Origin: Caldisericota bacterium
Lineage (GTDB): Bacteria > Caldisericota > Caldisericia > JAAYUI01
Direction: 5' to 3'
Assembly (NCBI GenBank): GCA_029548865.1
Contig: JAKPMO010000002.1
Span: 160,001-224,000 of the forward strand
DNA length: 64,000 nt
Numbering within the stretch: position 1 is the first letter of the stretch; each line of letters begins with the position of its first letter. The position numbers and the translations under genes are program-made. The notes beneath the pieces were generated by a model. It was not told the origin of the DNA and did no database searches. It was given only the letters and a program-made list of their open reading frames with translations. Below, one piece after another: positions 17,783 through 26,009 of this stretch.

Positions 17783-19858
17783 TCAACTTTGCTCTTTATG
17801 TTTCCTCTTATATGCCATATTAATAAATATTGATGCTATTATGATAGCAATAGCAGCAATAAGTATGTAATACTTATATTTATTTATATCTTCATAGAAT
17901 GGAGTGGTATTTTGCGCTTTTACATTGTTTTCTTTAGTTTTTTCAATGGTGACCTCGTCCAGTTTTGCGACAAAGAGGACAGAGCTCTCGGCACCTGGTG
18001 TTTCACCCACAAATGATTTGTAGTTTTGCTCCATCTCCCTCATCTTGTCCAGTTCTGCCTGGCCACCAAACAGGAGCTGTTTTGACTCGTCCATCGCCTT
18101 CTGGACTTTTTCCTTTCCGCCATTGCGCTCGATGGCCTGCTGGAGTTTCTTTCCGAGTTCCAGCAACCTGTCTGATTGCGGGCCAAAGTCTTCAGCCATT
18201 TTCTTGAAATCATCAATCATCGAGAGGATTTCTTTCTGGTTTGGCACCTTGACCCCATGGAATGTCCCGCCTGAAACCAGAACATCAAACTGTGAGAGGT
18301 TTTTTGTTATCAGGGCCGGTATTTCTGAAAGCGGCGGTGTTTTTGTCCCGCCTACGTCTCCACCCTTGATTATTGTGTTCAGGCCAGAAGATATTGCGTT
18401 AAGCCCGTCAATGGTTGTGTTTATTCCTGGCATCTGGACGCTCATGACCTCTCCGCCGGAAATGAGCGCGGTTAGCGCCTGATCGAGCAATTTGAGGTTT
18501 TCCGGCATGGAAGATATTGACGGTATGTCCTTGCCTCCGATGGTTCCACCATCCACCAGCACCTTCAGGTTTTGCGATGCCTTGTCGGACTCCTGTTTTG
18601 CAGAATCGATTTTTTGACCGATGATCTTGAGCGAGTTTTCAATGTCTGAAAGTTTGTCCTGGAGGTCCTTGTCACTGGTCTGGGATTTCAGTTTTGAGAC
18701 TGATGACAACGTGTCATCAAGCGTGGTTTTGGAAACAAACAGCTCTCTGGATGATTTGTTTGCAGAATTGGCTGAATTCTGGAGTACGGATACACTCTCT
18801 GTCAAGCCGCTGGTGTTGGAATCAAGCCCCTGCTTCATTGTTTCAACGACCTGCTTGTGACCCTTACTTAGCTGGGAGAGGTTGTCTGCCCCACTGGCAA
18901 GCTCTTTGAGCCCCTTTTCAAGATCAGAGAACGATTTTGTCAGGTCAGAGACCTGTTTTTTGGAGTCATCAATCGCCTGCTTTGAGGCATCAAGAAGCGA
19001 TTGGAGCGATACAAGCTGGGATAATATTTTATCTGGATCAAGGTTGATTTCTACTCCGGCCATGTCGAGAAGATCAGTATTGTCGGCAACGGATGCCAGA
19101 AGGTCCTGAATTGCAGGGTCGATACTTGGTATCGAGATGTCAGGGATTCTTGGCAAGATCGAGACTTGGACAGACGGCAACACAACCGAATCGCTTGAAT
19201 ATTCGAGCACAGCTTTACCATCAGGGCTTGGAAGGAGCGTCCAGATGATCCTTTTACGGCTTCCAATGGTCATCGACATGGCACCCTTTGCTTCGATGGA
19301 GCTATAAGAATCCACTGGTATTTCAGCTTGCACCATCACAGTCATTGGTTGGTAGAGGGTTTTTTCTTTGGTGACTGTTTTGTCACCCTCTTTCCAGCGC
19401 AGGTTAACAGTTTTTGGCAGTTTATTTGTGAAGGACATGGAGAGGGTTATTTTGCCATTTTTCCCAATTGTTTGTTCTGGCTTTGTTTTTTTGCCATCCA
19501 ATAACAATTCCACATCAAAACTTATTGGCAGTGGTTTGTCTGTTTTGCCTGTGTAAAATATATCTTTTTGCCCATTGGAACTGAATTTCCATGTTACATT
19601 GCGGCCAGCAATTTCAGGCTTCATGCCTGGATCAAGCGATATTACATCCGAGATTTCAGGCTTGTCCTGGACTATCATTTCACCCGTTCCTTCGACCCTG
19701 AGCCAGTTTACAACGGATTCTTCAACTGGTTTTCCGTTCCAGTCCAGCACAGTATAGACCGTTTGGGTTCTTTTTACTGTCGCTGGTGTGCTTACAGCCA
19801 TCACCGGCACTGCAAGTGCCAGTGATGCAGTTATTGCTATCAAGAGGACCTTACGCAT
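17783..19858 (-). CDS. Exported, C-terminally membrane-anchored YhgE/Pip-like coiled-coil protein (MMPL partner)
   Basis: Signal peptide, QTVYTVLD.NG..VVNWL, LLDGK..GKNGK, long heptad region, C-terminal hydrophobic helix with basic tail. Typical partner of TetR/MMPL operons. Confidence 0.65.
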   Translation of the reverse strand: MRKVLLIAITASLALAVPVMAVSTPATVKRTQTVYTVLDWNGKPVEESVVNWLRVEGTGEMIVQDKPEISDVISLDPGMKPEIAGRNVTWKFSSNGQKDIFYTGKTDKPLPISFDVELLLDGKKTKPEQTIGKNGKITLSMSFTNKLPKTVNLRWKEGDKTVTKEKTLYQPMTVMVQAEIPVDSYSSIEAKGAMSMTIGSRKRIIWTLLPSPDGKAVLEYSSDSVVLPSVQVSILPRIPDISIPSIDPAIQDLLASVADNTDLLDMAGVEINLDPDKILSQLVSLQSLLDASKQAIDDSKKQVSDLTKSFSDLEKGLKELASGADNLSQLSKGHKQVVETMKQGLDSNTSGLTESVSVLQNSANSANKSSRELFVSKTTLDDTLSSVSKLKSQTSDKDLQDKLSDIENSLKIIGQKIDSAKQESDKASQNLKVLVDGGTIGGKDIPSISSMPENLKLLDQALTALISGGEVMSVQMPGINTTIDGLNAISSGLNTIIKGGDVGGTKTPPLSEIPALITKNLSQFDVLVSGGTFHGVKVPNQKEILSMIDDFKKMAEDFGPQSDRLLELGKKLQQAIERNGGKEKVQKAMDESKQLLFGGQAELDKMREMEQNYKSFVGETPGAESSVLFVAKLDEVTIEKTKENNVKAQNTTPFYEDINKYKYYILIAAIAIIIASIFINMAYKRKHKEQS

Positions 19859-21890
19859 TTTTCCTCCTCGTCTTTCCTTTGAAGATCAAAAGTAATGCAG
19901 GTATTGCGATTATTACTATGGTTCCAGAAATCAACGCTCCTCTGGCCAACAGCATTGTCAGGTCTTTGACCATTGAAATCTGTGAAGTTGCTGAAATTGC
20001 GGCACATGCGCCAAAAAGTGTGAGTGCCGATGTGATAATTGCCGGAGAGCCTTCTCTTATGGATATTTTCATGGCCTCTTCTGGCGATTTGTCTTTTAAT
20101 TCATCGAAATATCTTGTTGCGATTAGAATTGAATAGTCAACTGTTGCGCCAAGTTGTATTGCTCCAAGCGCAACCGGACCAAAGTAGAATGTTGGTGGCA
20201 TGTTCAAGAACCACTGGATTGCTATGTTGAGCCATATCGCCACCTCTATTCCGACTATTAGAACGAGTGATGGCCTAAATCTCCTGAGTGCTATCCAGAC
20301 TATTGCGAATACCCCAAGGATGGTTGCAATATTGACTTTCAGGTTGTCTGATACACCCATTTTTTCAATGTCGTATTGGATCATGTCCGCACCTGTTGCC
20401 AGTACGTTGCCGTTATATTCCTTTTCAATTGCTTTTATGTTCTCAAAGGATTTTTCCAGCTCGGTTTTGTCCGGTGCATTCAGTGTTACAGTCAGCAGAT
20501 GTTTGCCTTCGGACTCGAGTTTCGCAAGCACTTTTTTGGGCACGTACGATCTTGGAACATAGGCAGAGCCGGTTGAAAGTGGGCCGATTATTTCCTTGAC
20601 GTGGGGCACTTTTGATAGTTTTTCCTCAACCTCCAGTCGCTGGTTTTCATCCATTCCAAGCAAAACAACCGAGACTGTGTGGCCGCCACCGAATTTTTCC
20701 ATCACCAAATCAAGGTCTTTTTGCACACTTTCGTCAAATTTGATTCCCTCTTCAAAGGAGTAAGTGACAGGTTGCATGTTCGAGCCTATGAAAGCTGGCA
20801 CTGCAAGCACCAAAAAGACAAGTGCTATTATCCCTTTGTTTTTGACAACGAAATTGCCAAGCTTTTCCATGTTTGGAAAGAGGTTTCTGTGTTTTAGGGC
20901 ATTGAGCGGTTTTTCAATTATCAATATTAGGGCAGGCAGTATCGTAAGTGTCACGATGAAACCCACAAAAACGCCCTGGGCCATTACTATTCCCATGTCT
21001 CCCCCCATCTTCATACTCATGAAGAGGAGCGCCAGGAACCCTGCCATTGTGGTCAGGCCAGAGGAAAGAACAGCTGTGGAAGTTTTTGCAATTGATTTTG
21101 CCATTGCCTCCAGGGAGGGGAGCGTTTTCTTTTCCTCCTCGTATCGGTGTAGCAGGAATATCGCATAATCCATTGTTACCGCAAGCTGGAGTGCAGCGGC
21201 AATAGACGATGTCATGAAGCTCATCTGCCCCCTGAAAAATCCGGTCAGGCCAAAATTTATGAGTATGGCGATTCCTGCAGAAACAAGAAAGAGTATCGAA
21301 TAAGCTGGCTGAGTGAGTGCCAGAACAAGTACCAGGAGAATTGCTATGACAGCAATTACAAGCATCGAGCTTTTTGCTGAATTAGAGAGCCTTTCAACCT
21401 CTTGATTGTACAGAAAATCACCAACAACCCTTGCTTCAACTCCAAGTTCTGCTTTTATGGCCTCAGCCTGTTGCGATGGCTTTCTTCCAGTTGGTGCCAG
21501 CGTGATTTGTATGAGCGTGTCCTCGCCTGAAAGGAATTGGTCCCTGGCCTCTTTTGAAGCAAAATCTTCCGGTATTTTCACATCTTCAAGATCTGAATAC
21601 CAGAAGGTTTCTGCAACATCCGGCATTTTGTTTAGCCTGTCGATGATCTCCTTGGTTTCGCTGACTGTTTTCCCGGAAAGCACCACGTAGATGTTGTCCG
21701 AAAACCCAAAATCCTCCTGTAATATTTTTTGGCCAATCACAGAATTGATGTCCTGGGGAAGGTATGAGTAAAAATCATAATTGATTGAGAGCTTGCCAAT
21801 CCCTATGGCGGAGAGCAGAAGGATACCAAGGCAGGAAATCGCAACGCCTATCCTGTTCTTTACGATCCAAGTTCCGATCTTCTCAAGCAT
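19851..21890 (-). CDS. MMPL / RND family transporter
   Basis: Duplicated topology with LQLAVTMDYAIFL and IQLGATVDYSIL motifs, about 12 TM helices. Confidence 0.88.
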   Translation of the reverse strand: MLEKIGTWIVKNRIGVAISCLGILLLSAIGIGKLSINYDFYSYLPQDINSVIGQKILQEDFGFSDNIYVVLSGKTVSETKEIIDRLNKMPDVAETFWYSDLEDVKIPEDFASKEARDQFLSGEDTLIQITLAPTGRKPSQQAEAIKAELGVEARVVGDFLYNQEVERLSNSAKSSMLVIAVIAILLVLVLALTQPAYSILFLVSAGIAILINFGLTGFFRGQMSFMTSSIAAALQLAVTMDYAIFLLHRYEEEKKTLPSLEAMAKSIAKTSTAVLSSGLTTMAGFLALLFMSMKMGGDMGIVMAQGVFVGFIVTLTILPALILIIEKPLNALKHRNLFPNMEKLGNFVVKNKGIIALVFLVLAVPAFIGSNMQPVTYSFEEGIKFDESVQKDLDLVMEKFGGGHTVSVVLLGMDENQRLEVEEKLSKVPHVKEIIGPLSTGSAYVPRSYVPKKVLAKLESEGKHLLTVTLNAPDKTELEKSFENIKAIEKEYNGNVLATGADMIQYDIEKMGVSDNLKVNIATILGVFAIVWIALRRFRPSLVLIVGIEVAIWLNIAIQWFLNMPPTFYFGPVALGAIQLGATVDYSILIATRYFDELKDKSPEEAMKISIREGSPAIITSALTLFGACAAISATSQISMVKDLTMLLARGALISGTIVIIAIPALLLIFKGKTRRKNA

Positions 21891-22467
21891 TCTTCTCCTT
21901 CAGAAGGCCGTAAAGGCAAATATCAATGAATTCATCGATAGCATTGTCCATTGGGAACTCGTAGCCTGCATTGGAAGTGAAGAACTGCAGGATTGCCATC
22001 AAAGCCATGCTGATGATTGACTTGTAGTCGTTTTCCCTCAGGATGCCTGATTTTTTCCCCAAATTCAGGAGTTCGGTCAGGTAGTTGCTTACCCGTCCCA
22101 GCACCATTATCTGGAACCTGTGGAGCTCCTCGTTGTTTTTGGCCTCGTTTGCAAGGATCCTTATTGTCTGGGCGTTATCGCGCACGATCCCTGTAAAACC
22201 GTGGAATATTTCATATACCTTTTCAATAAACTCTTTTTGTGAGATTGTTTTTTGTCCAGCAAGGTCATACTGGAAGCTGTATTGCATTCTTTCGATGAGC
22301 TCTTTTGCCATTTCCACCATCAGCGCTTCCTTGCTCTCGAAATAGAGGTAGAAAGTCCCTTGTGCCACTCCAGCCTGGGCAACGATGTCTGCAATCCTGG
22401 TTTTGGCAAAACCCTTTTCAGAAATGACTGCGACTGCCGCTTCCATTATCTCGCCTTTTCTGTCCAT
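21883..22467 (-). CDS. TetR/AcrR family transcriptional regulator
   Basis: KGFAKTRIADIV..AGVAQGTFYLYFESKE HTH. SD AAGGAG before ATG 22467. Confidence 0.92.
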   Translation of the reverse strand: MDRKGEIMEAAVAVISEKGFAKTRIADIVAQAGVAQGTFYLYFESKEALMVEMAKELIERMQYSFQYDLAGQKTISQKEFIEKVYEIFHGFTGIVRDNAQTIRILANEAKNNEELHRFQIMVLGRVSNYLTELLNLGKKSGILRENDYKSIISMALMAILQFFTSNAGYEFPMDNAIDEFIDICLYGLLKEKNA

Positions 22468-22479
22468 CTCATCTCCTTG

Positions 22480-22543
22480 TGACTGAACCATCAGTCAGTG
22501 ACTGACTAATCAGTCATATATCACAATGAAGATTTTGAGTCAA
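22480..22543 (-). promoter_or_regulatory. tetR promoter with two tandem palindromic operators
   Basis: TGACTGA-acca-TCAGTCA (22480-22497) and TGACTGA-ctaa-TCAGTCA (22499-22516). Minus-strand TTGACT-N17-TATATG overlaps the second copy. Confidence 0.8.
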
Positions 22544-22630
22544 GGCAGATATGCAAAAGAACTTAACCGATTGAAAGTCGTTGAATAAACTGCGAAGAAT
22601 AGCTGTTTTTGAATTGAAAATTCAGGCGAA

Positions 22631-22667
22631 TAAAAAGCTGGTGGCAAATTAAAAATGCCACCAGCTT
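22631..22667 (-). terminator. Rho-independent terminator after lplA
   Basis: AAGCTGGTGGCA / TGCCACCAGCTT 12-bp stem with T-run on the minus strand. Confidence 0.75.
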
Positions 22668-22695
22668 GCTTTAGAATCAATGATTATAGGCTAGG

Positions 22696-23805
22696 CTAGC
22701 CTATAACGCCGACAGAATTGTCCCTGGCCTTAAAGATGACCTCGACAATGTCCTCCGGCTTGACGCCAAACACTTTTGGCCCTGTGGCAAAAAAACTGTT
22801 TACGGCATTCAAAAGCTCTTCCCTGTCCACTTTTTTGCCCTTGAGCGCGTTTTCAAGGTTTGGAAGTGAGTCTGAAGGCATCATGAAGAAATCGCCGGAG
22901 ATGACGATGTCGTCTATGTGGTCATCCTTGATTGAGAGGGTGGTCCTGATCAGTTTGTCAGATTTGAGGTCAGCCTCGGCGATGATAAGCCCGGCCATGA
23001 CTTTTGTCCTCTTGCCAGACATGTCCATGAGCTTTTCGTGGCCCCTTGTCCTGCGGTGGAGCCATTCATCTGTTTTTGTTGTGGCAAAGATCTCTTCAAG
23101 GTTTTTCTTTTCCGCTTCGGTCATCTCGCCTTTTTCAAGCTTGACGCCCAGTTCGGTTTCAAAGACTGGCAGATACTTTTTCTGGACTTCTTCGTAGGTG
23201 AATTCTTTTCCAAGCTCCCTCTTCAGCGAAGTCATGTGTTCCCTGACGTTTTCGATTATTTTGTCCCTGAATTTTTCAGACGGGACTTTCAGTACCTGGG
23301 CCATCATCTCGACGTCCGCATCCATGATTACATTTCCGATTACAAACGAGGCCCCATGCATGTTCGCCAGGGCGTTCCCAGAGGCCTTTCTGTGGCCTAT
23401 AATTACATCATTTACCGGCTTGAATGACGCATCACAGCCAAAAGCCTTGTATGTAGAAACCGTTGGCCTGAGAAGTCTCTCTGAAACAGTGACGGGATCA
23501 CCCATGACGAGCGGGTCATCATTTTTGACAATGATGTGGTAGAAGAACTGGTATGGGTCGAGGAAAACTGCACCACCACCTGCCTGCCTTCTGACAATGG
23601 GGACATTGTTCTTTTTGCAAAAATCTTCTTCAACCTCCTTTTCCAGCAACTGGTGGACGCCGATGCACACATAAGGCGTTGCCGGGTGGCAGTTGACCAG
23701 CGTATTTGGCGAATTGCCCTTTCCAACCTCTTTTGCCACCGCTTCGTAGATGCTCTGGATTGTCCATCCATCCAGACCGCCACAATCTAGCAATCTCCAA
23801 GCCAT
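22696..23805 (-). CDS. lplA: Lipoate-protein ligase A family (catalytic plus C-terminal accessory domain)
   Basis: PYVCIG.HQ, VRRQAGGGAVFLD, NDV..RKASG, ISGDFF. SD AGGAGG. Confidence 0.88.
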   Translation of the reverse strand: MAWRLLDCGGLDGWTIQSIYEAVAKEVGKGNSPNTLVNCHPATPYVCIGVHQLLEKEVEEDFCKKNNVPIVRRQAGGGAVFLDPYQFFYHIIVKNDDPLVMGDPVTVSERLLRPTVSTYKAFGCDASFKPVNDVIIGHRKASGNALANMHGASFVIGNVIMDADVEMMAQVLKVPSEKFRDKIIENVREHMTSLKRELGKEFTYEEVQKKYLPVFETELGVKLEKGEMTEAEKKNLEEIFATTKTDEWLHRRTRGHEKLMDMSGKRTKVMAGLIIAEADLKSDKLIRTTLSIKDDHIDDIVISGDFFMMPSDSLPNLENALKGKKVDREELLNAVNSFFATGPKVFGVKPEDIVEVIFKARDNSVGVIG

Positions 23806-23906
23806 AAAACCCTCCTGTTTCACAAAATAGATTTATTTTGAATCAACGACTGCTGGTTTACTTTCTTGACAAAAGCGCCTATCTATATAAATTTATCAAG
23901 CGAGGT

Positions 23907-23982
23907 GCCTAGGTAGCTCAGTTGGTAGAGCAGTGGACTGAAAATCCTCGTGTCGGCGGTTCAAGTCCGTCCCTGGGCACCA
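23907..23982 (+). tRNA. tRNA-Phe (anticodon GAA)
   Basis: 76-nt cloverleaf GCCTAGG..CTGAAAA..GGTTCAAGTCC..CCTGGGCACCA. TTGACA at 23866 upstream. Confidence 0.96.
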
Positions 23983-23992
23983 TTTTTATTTT

Positions 23993-24406
23993 CTAGCCCT
24001 CTTCAACGTCCTCTGGTTCTGGGATGTTCTCGTATGGAAGCCCATTTCTCCTCTTGTAGTCGTTTATTGCCCTTGCAAGTGCGACTGCGCCAAGATTTGA
24101 ACAATGGATTTTGTTTGATGGCAAACCACCAAGCGCTTCCACGACTGCTTTGCTGGAGATGGAGAGCGCCTCGTCAACATTTTTCCCTTTCACCAACTCG
24201 GAAATCATTGACGAAACAGCTATTGCCGCTCCGCATCCAAACGTCTTGAACTTGATGTCGGTTATGATGCCGTCTTTTACCTTGATGTAGAACGTCATCA
24301 TGTCGCCGCAGACCGGGTTTCCAACTTCGCCAACACCGTCTGCATCATTGATCACTCCAACATTTCTCGGGTTTCTAAAATGTTCGATAACCTTCTCTGA
24401 ATACAT
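23993..24406 (-). CDS. iscU: Fe-S cluster scaffold IscU/NifU
   Basis: YSEKVIEHF.NPRNVG, GNPVCGD, FGCGAAIA, KIHCS. Confidence 0.95.
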   Translation of the reverse strand: MYSEKVIEHFRNPRNVGVINDADGVGEVGNPVCGDMMTFYIKVKDGIITDIKFKTFGCGAAIAVSSMISELVKGKNVDEALSISSKAVVEALGGLPSNKIHCSNLGAVALARAINDYKRRNGLPYENIPEPEDVEEG

Positions 24407-24409
24407 GAA

Positions 24410-25588
24410 TCACCTCGCTGGTTTGTCGGGGCCAATTGCCGACATTTCTCTTAGTTTTTTTACAATCTGCGGGAAGATCGCCATGACCTTGTCCACATGA
24501 TCCACCGTGTTGTCTTTTCCAAACGAAAACCTTATTGATCCATTTATAAACTCGTGCGGGATGCACATGGCATTGAGCACATGCGATGCGGCAAGTGATT
24601 TTGACGTGCATGCCGACCCGGAAGAGGCCTGTATGTTCCCGTCCATATCAAGAAACATAAGCATTGATTCACCCTCTGCAAATTTGATGCTGATGTTGAG
24701 CAACTGAGGTAATCTGTTTTTTTCGTCGCCGTTTACAAATACGTCCGGGATTTCATCAAAGATTCTTTTCTGGAGAGCATCCCGAAGCATTGCGGTGTAT
24801 TCCATGTGCCAGAGGAGTTTGTCTTTTGCAAGTTTTGCGGCCCACCCCATCCCCACAATTCCAGGGGTGTTATATGTTCCGGAACGGAGGTTTCTTTCGT
24901 GAGAACCACCGGTCATTACAGGGTTTAGTCTGACACCTTTTTTGACATACAGAGCACCAACACCTTTCGGACCATAAAACTTGTGGGCCGACATTGAGAG
25001 CAAATCAACACCAAGCGCCTTGACGTCAACAGGGATCTTCCCTACCGCCTGCACGGCGTCCGTATGGAATGCCACACCCCTCAGCTTGCATATCCTGGCT
25101 ATTTCCTCAACAGGTTCGATTGTCCCGACTTCATTGTTTGCCATCATGATTGAAACCAGGGATGTCTTGCCAGTTATCGCTTTTTCGACGTCTGCCGGGT
25201 TGACCCTGCCCTTTCCATCAACAGGAAGGTATATAGCTTTTGCACCGTAGTGTTTTTCAAGGTCCTGCACCGTGTGCAAAACTGCATGGTGCTCGATTGC
25301 AGATGTTATTATTTCATTTTTCTCAGGGCAAAGCCTCAAAAACAAGCCCCTGATTGCCAAGTTGTCGGATTCAGTACCACCTGATGTAAAGATTATCTCG
25401 CTTGGGCTTGCATTGATGAGCCCGGCCACTTGCAACCTTGCCTCTTCTATTGCCTCGGCCGCTTTTTGGCCCTGGGAGTGCATTGAGGAGGCATTGGCAA
25501 AAATCTCGGAAAAATAGGGCATCATCTTTTCCAGGACTTCCCCGTCAAGCGGTGTTGTGGCAGAATGGTCAAGATAAATGGAGTTCAT
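24410..25588 (-). CDS. iscS: Cysteine desulfurase IscS/NifS
   Basis: IYLDHSATTP, FTSGGTESDN, SAHKFYGPKG, SSGSACTS. ATG 25588 overlaps the upstream stop. Confidence 0.95.
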   Translation of the reverse strand: MNSIYLDHSATTPLDGEVLEKMMPYFSEIFANASSMHSQGQKAAEAIEEARLQVAGLINASPSEIIFTSGGTESDNLAIRGLFLRLCPEKNEIITSAIEHHAVLHTVQDLEKHYGAKAIYLPVDGKGRVNPADVEKAITGKTSLVSIMMANNEVGTIEPVEEIARICKLRGVAFHTDAVQAVGKIPVDVKALGVDLLSMSAHKFYGPKGVGALYVKKGVRLNPVMTGGSHERNLRSGTYNTPGIVGMGWAAKLAKDKLLWHMEYTAMLRDALQKRIFDEIPDVFVNGDEKNRLPQLLNISIKFAEGESMLMFLDMDGNIQASSGSACTSKSLAASHVLNAMCIPHEFINGSIRFSFGKDNTVDHVDKVMAIFPQIVKKLREMSAIGPDKPAR

Positions 25589-25887
25589 TTCCCCTCCTTG
25601 TCCCATAATTTGAGGCATTCATCAACATCTTCGCAATTTTTTTGTTTGCAGTTATCAAATATCTCCAGAAATTTTTTTACACCAGGAATGTTCATCTTTT
25701 TTTCATTGATGAGGAACTTGACGAGTTCGAGACGTTCAAGGTCCCTGGCGGAATAAAGCCTTCTTCCGTTGACCCTGTTCGGGGTTATGAGTCCTTTTTG
25801 TTCCCAAAGCCTGAGGGTCTGCTCACAGACCCCAAGAACATCGGCCACCGCTCCAACTGTCATTACTGGTTTCGTGTCTTCTATCAC
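25585..25887 (-). CDS. MerR-family (HspR-like) regulator with C-terminal three-Cys motif
   Basis: TVGAVADVLGV.EQTLRLWEQKGLITP.R..GRRLYS..DLERL..MNIPGVK, tail NCKQKNCEDVDEC. Confidence 0.85.
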   Translation of the reverse strand: MIEDTKPVMTVGAVADVLGVCEQTLRLWEQKGLITPNRVNGRRLYSARDLERLELVKFLINEKKMNIPGVKKFLEIFDNCKQKNCEDVDECLKLWDKEGK

Positions 25888-26009
25888 GAACCATATAATA
25901 TATCCTCAATGTTAATTTTCAAGTAACCTGTAAATATGATTATAAGGTTTTGGGTTTTTGTGGCCAAGAAAAATTTGTCTGGGACGTTTTTTCTTAGCAG
26001 AGAACAGAA

